Origin: Tubiluchus corallicola
Lineage: Eukaryota > Animalia > Priapulida
Assembly (NCBI GenBank): GCA_030141605.1
Contig: JAQGDQ010000812.1
Coordinates: 29,043-93,042 of the forward strand
Reading direction: 5' to 3'
DNA: 64,000 nucleotides
The stretch's first letter is position 1, and each line of letters starts with the position of its first letter. Shown here in pieces: positions 12,681 to 23,499 of this stretch. The notes beneath the pieces are model-generated. The model was not told the origin of the DNA. It did not search any database and saw only the letters and a program-made list of their open reading frames with translations. Position numbers and translations under genes: made by a program.

Positions 12681-13799
12681 TATGATAAAAGAGAACCTTT
12701 AACAAAAGTAAATTAACAAGTGTTAATTCTTTACTCATGCAGAAATGATGTACCATGAGCAAATCAGGTATAAATAAAGCAGTCTTTCTCATCCGAGTTT
12801 ATAATTATTATTGAAAAAATGTTAAATTTAAAAATAAGTACACATAGTTTACAATGTTAGTATTGCATTATATTCTAATATTACAACAAATTTACAATTA
12901 TATTTCTTCAGTTCAGCATGCTCAGTAACAATTATTGACAGTTTGGAAATAATTATTTGCTGCTTGTACTAACATAATTTCCCAACCTTCACGTTGCCCT
13001 ACTGATTGTTACTCTCATCACTCAGGACAAACATGCTTGGTATTATCGCCCGATTGTCATAACTTCTATCAGTCAGGAACAGTGATATATGACTGGTTGT
13101 AAGATAATGTAAACAATGGCAGAGTGAATTCCAATGGCCCACAACACAAGTACAGAAGAAATGGGCTCTGAGATTAGCACAAGAGTATTATACAAATAAT
13201 TTAGAATTGTGTTCATGTAAATCACGTAGTGGTCAAGGAAAAAAATTTGTTGCTACGCAGAATAGAACTATCACTAATGACATTATAATAGTTAATAAGA
13301 TCTACAGTATCACAGTACTGTTCAACAGAAGATACAGAGTCAGATTGACTATCAGAAGCCAGGCTAATACACCTCCGTTGAGTTCTTTCTAAAGCATTTT
13401 AAGAGACAGAAAAATAGATAGATAACTTATTTCGCACACATGGTTCGGCACAGTAATGACATAAAAAAACTAATGGAAGCCAAATGCGGCAATGTACGAC
13501 CATTGGGGTCCTTTACACATTGCCCTTATTTAAAGATTAATAAATTTGCAGTGGTTGGATGACAATGTGAAGAGAAGGCAGTATTAACTCTTTTAAGATA
13601 AAATCTAATTTAACTCTAATAAAAGATACAAATTTATAAAAGTCTTTGAAACTAAAGATTTCCTATAAATAAATTTTACTTCATAATTATTATATGTTAT
13701 CTTATTTATGAACAAGAATCTTACATAGATAATCAGATTTTGTATTCCCTACAATGAAATATGTAACATGGTGTAATATAATGTAATGTGATGAGTCCA

Positions 13800-14430
13800 C
13801 ACCAGTACATTAAGCAGTTGTCACACCACCGCTCAATTTCTGACAAATCTGCTTGTAAAATCTCTTGATCAGAGGAATTTCTAATTGAACGATAAGGTTT
13901 TATTATCATCAACAAAACAGTGGCATATGTGTGTCAGGGGATACACAATCACTAACATCATTGATAAAAATAAGAAAACAATACGGTGCCGACAAAGTCC
14001 CTCGAGGAATGCAACTGATTACCTCCAGGAAGTGGTTACACCATTTAAAACTACTCTTTGTCACTGTGTGTTAGAAAATATTAAAACCATTGGAGTAGAT
14101 TCCCTCTTATACCTGCAAATTCCATTTTTAACATGAGAAGACGAAGAGGAACGAAATCAACTGCTTTTCTAAAATCAATATATAGAATATCAATTGATGG
14201 GAGAGAAGGATTATCGAAGAATTGGGACAGTCATTTAGGCATTCAAAAAGATTTGTCATTGTGGAACGTTGTGGTAACGATCCATGTTGATTATTGCTGA
14301 ATTGGCCAGAAAATAGCAGGAAATTTAGTACACCATCCCACAAAATGGATTGGAGACATTTAGAAACAACGGAAAATAGAGAAATAGGGCGTAATTTAGC
14401 ATAATCACGTTAAGTTGTCCCGTTTAAAGG
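13800..14430 (-). mobile_element. Degenerate CR1-like LINE reverse-transcriptase fragment
   Basis: Minus-strand translation with frameshifts gives RPISLFSVVSKC, QHGSLPQRSTMTNL, DILYIDFRKAVD, IPRGTLSAPYCFLIFIND, FVDDNK and QEILQADLSEIERWC, i.e. RT domains 1-6 of CR1-type elements. Confidence 0.85.
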
Positions 14431-14949
14431 CAAGTTTTCCTGGAACACATTAGCATCGCTAAACGAGGACTTAGTGTAGTACTATTCAGACAGTGTGGTA
14501 CCAGATCACCTTCTAAAAAACGTGAACGCCGATGTAAACTATAAATCGAATATGATTAAATTCTTCTTTCTTTCTTTTGTTACTCTAATCATAACAAGAA
14601 ATTAACCTATGCTTTCTTCAAAATTCGGCTTACGAGCAATAAGAGAAATCTTACAAAACATAAACTACTAAAATAAGCAATTGATTAGAGAGACCAATTA
14701 GAATGTATTAAGCTGGAGACCGTTCCGCACGATCACAGCCTACTAGGCTTTGCACCATGAGCTGCTGACAGCCTGAGAATAAGTATTAATTTCATATTTT
14801 GGCTTTTCAAAGAATGTTTACAGCAGTTACACAGTGGCCTCCCTACTGTTTCCAGTAGGCACTTTTGGTGCAAGCCTTTCTCTTCTTAATAGCTCCAATT
14901 TCTTCAGTCCTTGTTTTTATCTTCGCAGTTTTTTGTTTTTCCTTGTCAT

Positions 14950-15950
14950 CTATATCGCTAGATCGATTCCATATTTCTTTCTTAGCCGCACCACTTTCAA
15001 TATGCGCTCATTTAATTCAAACAATTTATCAATATAATCACTACAGAAAATAATCTGCAGTTGTTGCTTTTCTCCCAATATTTCTATATTTTTCTTGATA
15101 CTATACTATAGCAGATGCTCAATTGTATCCTCTTCATTATGACAGAGCAGACAGGCAGTATCTAATTTAAATTTATCAATTCTGTAATTTACTTTTACTG
15201 CAATCATATTATGTTTCCACTCTGTTATCTCACATGCAATCTTCTCATCACATTCTTCTAAGAATTTTCTTTTCTTTTGTTTTGTTTTTGCTTTTTGTTC
15301 TTGTCAATAATTTTGTTTTTTTCGTCAATAACCTTCAATGGTTTTTTTTAAGTATTTTTGGATCATCCCTTAACTTCTTTTTTCCATCTAGATTTTTTCA
15401 ACTTATTTTCTGCTATATTCAAATTGTACATACTTGCAAGTTTCTCTACATTGTCTGTTCAACTACCTGGCACTTCACTTTTTTGCACACTTATTAACAC
15501 TTTCTTTGCATATTTATTTTTCAATGACACGTACAACGTTCCTCTCCACATCAACTGTTTATAATGCACTCGTTGTTTCATTAACCCCATTCTACACATC
15601 AGTAACATGCCCCAAAAACTTGTACTTATTCTTTGTTTCAACATTCCACACATAATTTCCTTTTACCAAGATTCTGTTTTTTTGCCATTTATTTTTACTT
15701 AGGCGTTTCTCATACTTCCATATTAGTAGGAATAGTCATTGTTTCATAATCTAGTAATTTAATTTTCATATACTGTGCTCCTGCTTCAGATCTATCACTC
15801 CAACTCAAAATTTCCCTTTTTCATGCAATTAATGTCTCACTTCTTTTTCCTATACTCATATCATAGGTTCCTTGTTCTGTAATATAATCACCCAAATACT
15901 TGTAATGGTCTACATTTTTCAGTTCTTCCTCTTTTACACGTAATTCTTCA
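14950..15950 (-). mobile_element. Degenerate LINE 3' fragment (RT domain 7 to C-terminal CCHC)
   Basis: Minus strand gives DHYKYLGDYITEQG (about 15875-15910), STSFWGMLL and CLLCHNEEDTIEHLL (about 15110-15155). It has many stops and resembles the plus-strand element at 16640-18900. Confidence 0.75.
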
Positions 15951-16639
15951 CACTTCTTTTCACACTTCTTCACACTTCAAAGATATCTAAACACTATGTG
16001 GAACATATGTAAGAATTAATGACTATGAGTCTATTTAATGAACAAACATTTTGTAAGGCTTTTGCTAGTCTATATAATACCAATAAAGGTACATTTTGTG
16101 TATGTGTGCTTGTTCATCTCTTGGTCAGCTCAAACAATAAGAATACTTATTGAAATGTGTCCGTATGTTTTTTTTTTGTTTGTTACTGTTTTACATTATA
16201 GATGTGTTCGTTTTTTTCAGGGGGGGGGTTATCGGCTATGAGTTAAATAATGATAAATTTCTTTGAAGGGCGGAAATATGTCATTTGTATATTTAAATAG
16301 AAATATTAGGATATGATAATTAGTGTTTGATTTTGTTGTAGGTATCTTAAATTTTTCTCTAATAGTAGTGACTGCATGAATTATGGTATTTATTTCTTTT
16401 TTTTAGAAAAGTGGTCTTGTACATGCTAAAGTGCATAATTTTGAGTTTTGCTTAGTCTGATAGGCAGGGTTTTAGAAGTGTGGTAGATTACAGCCATATG
16501 TTAAATATCTATAAATATATATACATATATACACTGTAGTTATATATATAATTACTGGTGATATATAAAGTTTTATGTGATAATAGAAAAGAAACAAGGG
16601 AGACTAAAAAGAAGAAAACGAAAAGGTCACAAGGAAATA

Positions 16640-18900
16640 AAAAAATGTACAAAAACTTTCTTCAATTTTTGGAAATTATGGGGGCATTAAAAAGAAATTG
16701 CCGAGTATTACAAACATTATACAAGAATGGAAACCAGAAATTTTCTGTTTAGTGGAAACATTTTTGAAGGAGTCTGATGTGATAGAATTTGAAGGATACA
16801 GTTGCTTTAGAATGGAGAGAAAAGATAAAAACAAAGGAGGGATGATAATCATTGTAAAGTCAGCACTATGCAGGGTGATGGTAGAAGTTGACAGAACAGA
16901 GAAAATTATGAAAGTTTGTGGTGTGTAATAAATAATGGGAAGACAAAAATACGACTTGGACTTGTATATGGACCTCAAGAAAGTTGAACAAAGGTATCAC
17001 AATTGAAGAAAATGTATCACCATATAACAAAACATGCTATAGAAGCTAAAAGTAAAAGTGAAAGTCTTCTCCTAATTGGAGATTTCAACTGTAAAATTGG
17101 AAGCATCAGCAAAGGAAATAAATAGAGCGTAGTGCAGGTTAATTGATTGATTAGTTAAGTTAATTGATCAAACTAATTTGTGTGTAGTTAATTCCACTGA
17201 GAAATGTGAAGGTCTCTGAACGCGGGTTGAGTCGGAAGAGAAATCTGTTTTAGATTATTGTATTATGAATAAAGAGGAAATTGATGGAATAAAGTTAATG
17301 ACAATAGATGAACCGAAATTATGGGGCACGTACAGTATAGAGAATGAAAACGGTCAGGTCGTTGAAAAGTTCTCTGACCATAACACTGTATTTGTTAACA
17401 TTGACGGGCGATATATAAATAAATCAAGCAAGGAAAATAATGGAAGTGTAGGATGCTGCCCAATGAACTTGAGTTGTTCAGGAAAAAAAACAGAAAAGGG
17501 TGAGTTGACTAAGATATGGAGTAAAAGTGAAGTATTCAAGAGTAAATATGCAGAATGGAATAAGCAAGTTACCGATATCAGAAACAGCTGCTCAAAAAGA
17601 GTAAAAAAGTTTTCGGCTAGAAAAGTATTTGTTTCGAAAGAAGTTAGAATGTTAATGAAAATTAAACACAATCTGAAAAAGAAAAAACAGAATGAGTGGG
17701 TGTCGGAAGTGGAAAAAAGTATATGTTTAAAAAGAGAAGCTTTATTAAAAACTCAAATCTACAAATGTGAAAAAGAAGCGAAGGCAAGAAGACCAATAAA
17801 AGTAGCAAATAGCATTAAAAAGGAAGGGGGTGTTGAAACTGGAGCTTTTTGGAAATATAAGAGAAAGTTGAAGAAAATAAAATAGTGACAGATCAAGAAG
17901 GAAAAAAAGCTGTTATGTAAAATATTATGAAAAGTTGCTGCAAAATACTAATGAAAGTGATTTAGAAAAGCAAATTAACTCAGTCATACAAACAATAAAG
18001 CTAATAAATAATAGTAGAAAGATTAATGTGAATAGGATATCTGTTCCAGAAGCACGAGAAGCAATTTGAAAAATAAGAAAGCAATGGATGATCAAGGGTG
18101 GTATAATGAGATGATGAAAGCAGCAGGAAGTTCTTTGTTACAAAGTATAGTATGCATGTTTAATGAGATACTAATAACTGAAACAATATCAGAAGACTGG
18201 TTGGAAATGACAGTAAAACCTATTTATAAAAATAAAGGAAGTCATAGTGAGCTAAAGAATCGGAGGGGCAATTTCCTCACCAGTAATATATCTAAATTAT
18301 TTGAAAGAATGCTATTGAAAAGAAATGAAGTAGTGTTGCAAAATAATTTGTCAGAGAGTCAATGTGGAGGAAAGAAGGACGGGGTATAACTGATAATTTG
18401 TTTATTTTGTACAGGTATATTGAGTATACTCATTACTATAGAAAATCAGTGCATGCTGTTTTTATGGATGCAGAAAAATGCTTTGACAAATTGTGGCTAA
18501 GATATTGTTTAAGTGACTTATGGAGACTTGGCGTAAATGAAAAATACCTCTGTATTCTGTTTGAACTAAATAAATATGCTGAACTGAAAATTACTACACC
18601 GGTAGGATTAACAGCGGTAGTATCTAGAAGCTGAAGCTGTGAAAAAGTGTGATGATATGTCAAAACTGAGATTTATGAAAAATAGTGTGTAAAATTGGGA
18701 ACAGGCAATAAATTATGTGATGGAGTGTGATGAAAAGAACTGTGTGAAATTACTGAATGGAAACTAAATACCATCAAATTAATGTATAATTATAAAAGTC
18801 AGTGTAAGGATGATTTAATGTGTCCACTCTGTGTGAAGGAGTGTGATACGACTGAACATCTGCTGAAATGTGAAGTAGCTAAAAAGTGTTTGGAAACAAT
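16640..18900 (+). mobile_element. Degenerate LINE ORF2 (APE endonuclease, N-terminal half of RT, CCHC), internally deleted
   Basis: APE motifs: IFCLVETFL, GLVYGPQE, LIGDFNCKIG, KSVLDYCI, SDHN. RT motifs: PIYKNKG...NRRGNFLTSNISKLFER, FMDAEKCFDKLWL. It then jumps to CPLCVKECDTTEHLLKC (about 18820-18870). Multiple frameshifts and stops; RT domains 4-7 are missing. Confidence 0.9.
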
Positions 18901-19208
18901 GTAGTGAACGAAGAAGATCTATGTTCAGTAAACACGGGCACACTAGTAAGAGTCAATGCTTGGATCAGACAAGTGATAAAATTTAGAAAAATTATAGGGT
19001 TCAATGTAGAGGTGTAAGAACAACAGCTTGACAGGATACAGTTTTCTTTTTGGCTTGCCCCTTGATGATGTGGATATACAGGAGCCTGATAGAAATATTA
19101 GAATAGCCGCTGTGAATCGTCTGAATCGCCTAGCGTTTGGTGCAATAAACACAAATCGAGGTGTCGCGTGAATTGAAACGGAACTCAGAGATTCTTAATG
19201 TGTCTTAC

Positions 19209-19340
19209 CGAAGATTTCCTAAGAGCAACTAAGTGAATTGAATCGGAAGTTCCGTTGTTCATTTGCTTTGAAGAAGTTAAAACCTTGAAACTTATTTTTG
19301 TGTTTGCGTGAAGTGTTGTTCTTTTTTGTTATTGCAAGGT
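19209..19340. promoter_or_regulatory. Putative bidirectional promoter between d4 (-) and CUEDC1 (+)
   Basis: There is a minus-strand donor G|GTAAGA at 19209/19208, a CGGAA-G-TTCCG inverted ETS-like site at 19244-19254, and a plus-strand donor AAG|GTTGAG at about 19338 with acceptor ttcttacag| at 19565. Inference. Confidence 0.5.
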
Positions 19341-19649
19341 TGAGCTTTATTTTCTTTTCATATAGATAACTAAAAATTATGTGACTTGGTGCTTGAAGCA
19401 ATCGAATTGTAGAATGGAAAACTTTTTCGTCCGTTCTTTCAGTGCCTAATTTTTGCCACACAAATTCAGACAATTATAGTTATTGTGTTGGTATTAGTAT
19501 TACAAGTGACCGCGGAATGAACGAAGTTGTTACATTTAGCTCACAAAATGTTTGTGTTCTTACAGCCACATCGTATTACAATTAGAAACATTAGAAAAAA
19601 CGAATTTATTTGGTGAATGTTGCTGTAGCTTTTTTAACTGTTATTCATA

Positions 19650-22154
19650 ATGGCAACTGCTTCAAACACCCAACAAGCTGGCGAAAGTAGTTCCCGTAGA
19701 ACAGCATCTCAGCACAAGTCAAATAACCGTCATCTGAAAAGGCATGATAAGCGCACGACCCATCTAGAATTTCAACAGGCTATGCATGATTTCAAAACAA
19801 TGTTTCCAGACATTGACAGTGATGTAATCGAAACGGTGCTGCGAGCTAATAAGGGAGCTGTAGATGCTACGGTTGATCACTTATTAACAATAAGCGTAGA
19901 TGTTGATGACAGTGACATTCAATTAAACCCTACCATAGAAACATCTGCAGTTTCAGAAAGTAGCGAGCTACAAACTGGAAGTGAATTGCCCACAGATTCA
20001 TCTTTGCCTGATGAAGAAGCACCACCACCTTACACAATTGATTCTGTTGGTTTGCTTTCTGTACCTGTAAGGGGAACGCCTATTGGTGGGGAAAGGCCGA
20101 CATTACAGCCTGACGTTACTAGTGAAGGATCATCTTTATCAGAAGAAGATGAACCACATGTGCAGACACGTAGCAACCAGGAAGGCGATCTTTTGCCACC
20201 TGAAGTGTTTGAGCCTTTGTCAGATGATGATGAACCGCCACCTGCTTATACCCCTCGCTATGATCGCTCATGGGCAGGAGCAATGCAACCTCAACCAGTT
20301 ACAGACAGCAATGCCCCAAACCTTATATTATTAAATGAGCAATCATCATCCATGGCCTTTCCACCAGGTAGAACCAGTGCTGTGACCTTATCATCACTAT
20401 CTACCGACATGTCATGTAATCCTGTGACCACTTCTGTACCAATAGATGGAACTAATTATTTACGTAACACAGCTACCACTTTTGGAGAAACAAGAAAATT
20501 GCCACTGCAGTCAAGTCTTTCAAGCACAGCACATGTTGGCCATGGCCATGCCAGAGCTTTGTCTGCAGAAACGTGGTCATTTCCAAGTACAGCCATGCGT
20601 GTATCTGGTCCTGCTGTTACTTCGAACTCTGCGAATACTGATGCATTTATTCCACTAACAACAAGTTTTAGCACAGCCCTGTGTATCTCTAGCAATTCTG
20701 CTGTTTCTGGCGTTCAACAAGTGCATACCTCACTCGCTGTTAAGCATAGACAGGGTATCTTACATCGACCAAATATACGAACGAATCCTTCCTACAGCTA
20801 TGGGTTTGGAGACAATGTGCCAACTTTATCTTTGGATAATACACGACATCTGCCTCAACAATCAACAAATGATTCTTGTGGTGATGTTCGGGGTGCTGCT
20901 GTAACGATAACACCTGAGATGTCTGTACATTTTCCACCTACACACATATCACCTTCACAGACTGGAGCCAGGCCTAAACAACCAAATAACTGCATTAATA
21001 GTATGAGTGAAAGTGTGCTAAAACCACCCACTTCTGCACTTCTTCAAACGAAACAGCCAACCAAATCATTGCATAAAGGTAACGTGAAGTTTTCACATCC
21101 TGTTACTAACACATCTCGTCCTACTACTGTGCATAATGCAGTGTATCAGGATTCGTCATATACATTAGCCAAAGCAAGGCATAAATGGAATCCTCCATTG
21201 ATAGGCCCTCTACCATCAGACTTTCTAAGATTATTTCCAACACGTAAATCAAGCAAAGTAGCTGTGCAAGGAAGGAGGTGTAATGCGCACCGATCCTCGT
21301 CTCTTAAAAATGAAAACATCACACAGCATAGACGCTCTAGGCACAAACATGATGTCAGGCGAAATCAATCGATAATGGCTTCAGATTTTAGTTCGACGAT
21401 GCTGAAACGGCAGATGGAGAAGAACCAACTCCGTCAAGAGCAAGCTGAAAAAGAAGATGACTTTGAACTTAAGCAGATCCTAGAAGATGAGCGAATTGCT
21501 CTTTGCATGCAGAATCAAGAATTTCTTGAAGAGCTTCGTCATAATAAAGAATTTATGAAACAACTAGAAAACAGCAATGGAAAGAATAACGGCAACTTAA
21601 AAGCTGGCAGCAACAACAACAACACTTTGCCGTCAAGGAGTATACAGTTGGTTCCTTCTTCCATGCGGGTGCCAAGTAACACTGCATCAGCATCGATGAT
21701 AACTTCGCAGTCAGTCACTGTAGATGCTAATATTGATTCAACTGGGCAGCTAGAAGTGAACCCAACTGTTGATACAGTGAACAGTTACTTCATATCGGAT
21801 CAGCTCGAACCCAAAGTTGAAATTTTGTTTGGCCATGATGCATTTCCTGATGGTATGCCATTGCCTAAAGATGAAAATGCTGAGTTTCGCGCAAAGTTGG
21901 AAAATATGGATAATCCGACACGAAGTATGTTTGTGAGGATGGCCAGGCTTTTTTCAGCAAAAAAACGAAAGAAAAGAGCAGGACATGTGATAAATGCTGC
22001 ATCTACAGTAAATTTGCTGGAAGAGGAAGAACAAAGTGCCGATGTTGCTGAGCAAGAAGACGATGAGAATGATGAAGATGTTCCTATCATTGAACCACTA
22101 ATTGGTTTCAAATGCCCATTTACCATACACAAATCTGCAAATCATGGTACATGA
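19650..22154 (+). CDS. CUEDC1: CUE domain-containing protein 1-like (834 aa, single coding exon)
   Basis: N-terminal CUE domain LEFQQAMHDFKTMFPDIDSDVIETVLRANKGAVDATVDHLL. The family blocks WNPPLIGPLPSDFLR, LEDERIALCMQNQEFLEELRHNKEFM and EFRAKLENM...F..MARLF occur in the expected order. Confidence 0.92.
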   Translation: MATASNTQQAGESSSRRTASQHKSNNRHLKRHDKRTTHLEFQQAMHDFKTMFPDIDSDVIETVLRANKGAVDATVDHLLTISVDVDDSDIQLNPTIETSAVSESSELQTGSELPTDSSLPDEEAPPPYTIDSVGLLSVPVRGTPIGGERPTLQPDVTSEGSSLSEEDEPHVQTRSNQEGDLLPPEVFEPLSDDDEPPPAYTPRYDRSWAGAMQPQPVTDSNAPNLILLNEQSSSMAFPPGRTSAVTLSSLSTDMSCNPVTTSVPIDGTNYLRNTATTFGETRKLPLQSSLSSTAHVGHGHARALSAETWSFPSTAMRVSGPAVTSNSANTDAFIPLTTSFSTALCISSNSAVSGVQQVHTSLAVKHRQGILHRPNIRTNPSYSYGFGDNVPTLSLDNTRHLPQQSTNDSCGDVRGAAVTITPEMSVHFPPTHISPSQTGARPKQPNNCINSMSESVLKPPTSALLQTKQPTKSLHKGNVKFSHPVTNTSRPTTVHNAVYQDSSYTLAKARHKWNPPLIGPLPSDFLRLFPTRKSSKVAVQGRRCNAHRSSSLKNENITQHRRSRHKHDVRRNQSIMASDFSSTMLKRQMEKNQLRQEQAEKEDDFELKQILEDERIALCMQNQEFLEELRHNKEFMKQLENSNGKNNGNLKAGSNNNNTLPSRSIQLVPSSMRVPSNTASASMITSQSVTVDANIDSTGQLEVNPTVDTVNSYFISDQLEPKVEILFGHDAFPDGMPLPKDENAEFRAKLENMDNPTRSMFVRMARLFSAKKRKKRAGHVINAASTVNLLEEEEQSADVAEQEDDENDEDVPIIEPLIGFKCPFTIHKSANHGT

Positions 22155-22378
22155 TACGGGCCAATTTCTTGTTTTTATATGCAGTTACAGTACTTGAGTT
22201 TTATTAAAAGGGCTGGATATGTAATGAAGTTAAAATTTATAATCGCTAATTGTTTATAATGTTACACATATTTTAATAATTTTTGTAGTGTTATAAATCT
22301 ACTTTTTACTTACCATTTGTAAATTATTTACTTTGTCATCATGCATAAATTTGTATTTCAGTTTATTAATTTAAGTTT

Positions 22379-22412
22379 ATTTACATTACATTACATTACA
22401 TTACATTACATT
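22379..22412. repeat. (TTACA)n microsatellite in the presumed CUEDC1 3' UTR
   Basis: Direct reading. Confidence 0.9.
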
Positions 22413-23499
22413 GTTTTGCATATAGTTTACGTAGTTTAGTTGCATGGAAACCTGGACAAACCTGTGCCTGAATATGTTGGGGTATGTTTGCTATTGAATA
22501 GTGAAGTTTTGTTACTATTATTCTTTTTTTAAGTTACCATTGCTGGTCAGAACAAATGATACTAGATTAATTTAAGTCCATTACTGAGTAAATTTTCTAT
22601 GTTTTCTCTAGATGTCAAGCAAATTTTGTATTTGATTTGATTCTCTTTTATAAAGCTATAGGTAATAGGCTAAATTACCTGCACATATTTTTAGTAAAAA
22701 AATATTTTTATGGAAATTACCTAGCAGACTATTTATGCAAATTTCATTAGTAGTATACCTGTAAGAGATTTATCCGTACATTATTAGTAAAGATTTAAGA
22801 TTAAACAAATAATTAATATAATTCTACTAAAAAGTTATGTGTGTTTATTAAGCTGCTGGTACTTGTAAATAGTGCTTGGTGAGATACTATATATGTGATT
22901 GCACGGTTGTTAATTTACATAATCTGGTAATATTTGTAAAATAATAAATTATTTAATTAGATAATTGACTGTAATGCAATGTAAGTTTTCTTTTTCATGG
23001 GAGTTTTTTATGTGTAGCTTATATGAAATGGTCAACACCAATATTTGAGTAACTTGAATGGTTAAGCACCATGTACTTCATGTATTATCTGACATACTTT
23101 AACTTACGATGAATAGCACTGGGCTGTGCCAAGAGGTAAAACCATGAGGAATGATCAATTTGTTGTTGCAAACAACTTAATTTGTTGGTTCTCACAACCA
23201 AAAAAATTGACAGAATGATGACCTGTGATCACTTGAACTTGTTTTTGCTTCATTTGGCAAGTGACGAAACTTCACTCTGTGTAAGTTGTTAAAACTTAGA
23301 ATTTCTTTGTAGATGTAGTAAAAACAAACAGTACAGTTTCCTGAATTCTACAACTAACAGATGATTCGAATGGTTAAGTCCATCCTAGGACAGTAGTTAT
23401 TCTACAGCAGAAATACTCAATGATCAACAAAGTTTGAGCTAAACTCGCTAGAGATGTTTATAACTTGTCAACATTGTTTTGGGTTTTTTGGGCACGGAC

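Noticed and set aside
20083-22132. Several overlapping or antisense ORFs inside CUEDC1 (likewise inside the zinc-finger gene and GPCR)
   Set aside because: Shadow frames of real CDSs with no motifs or splice support.
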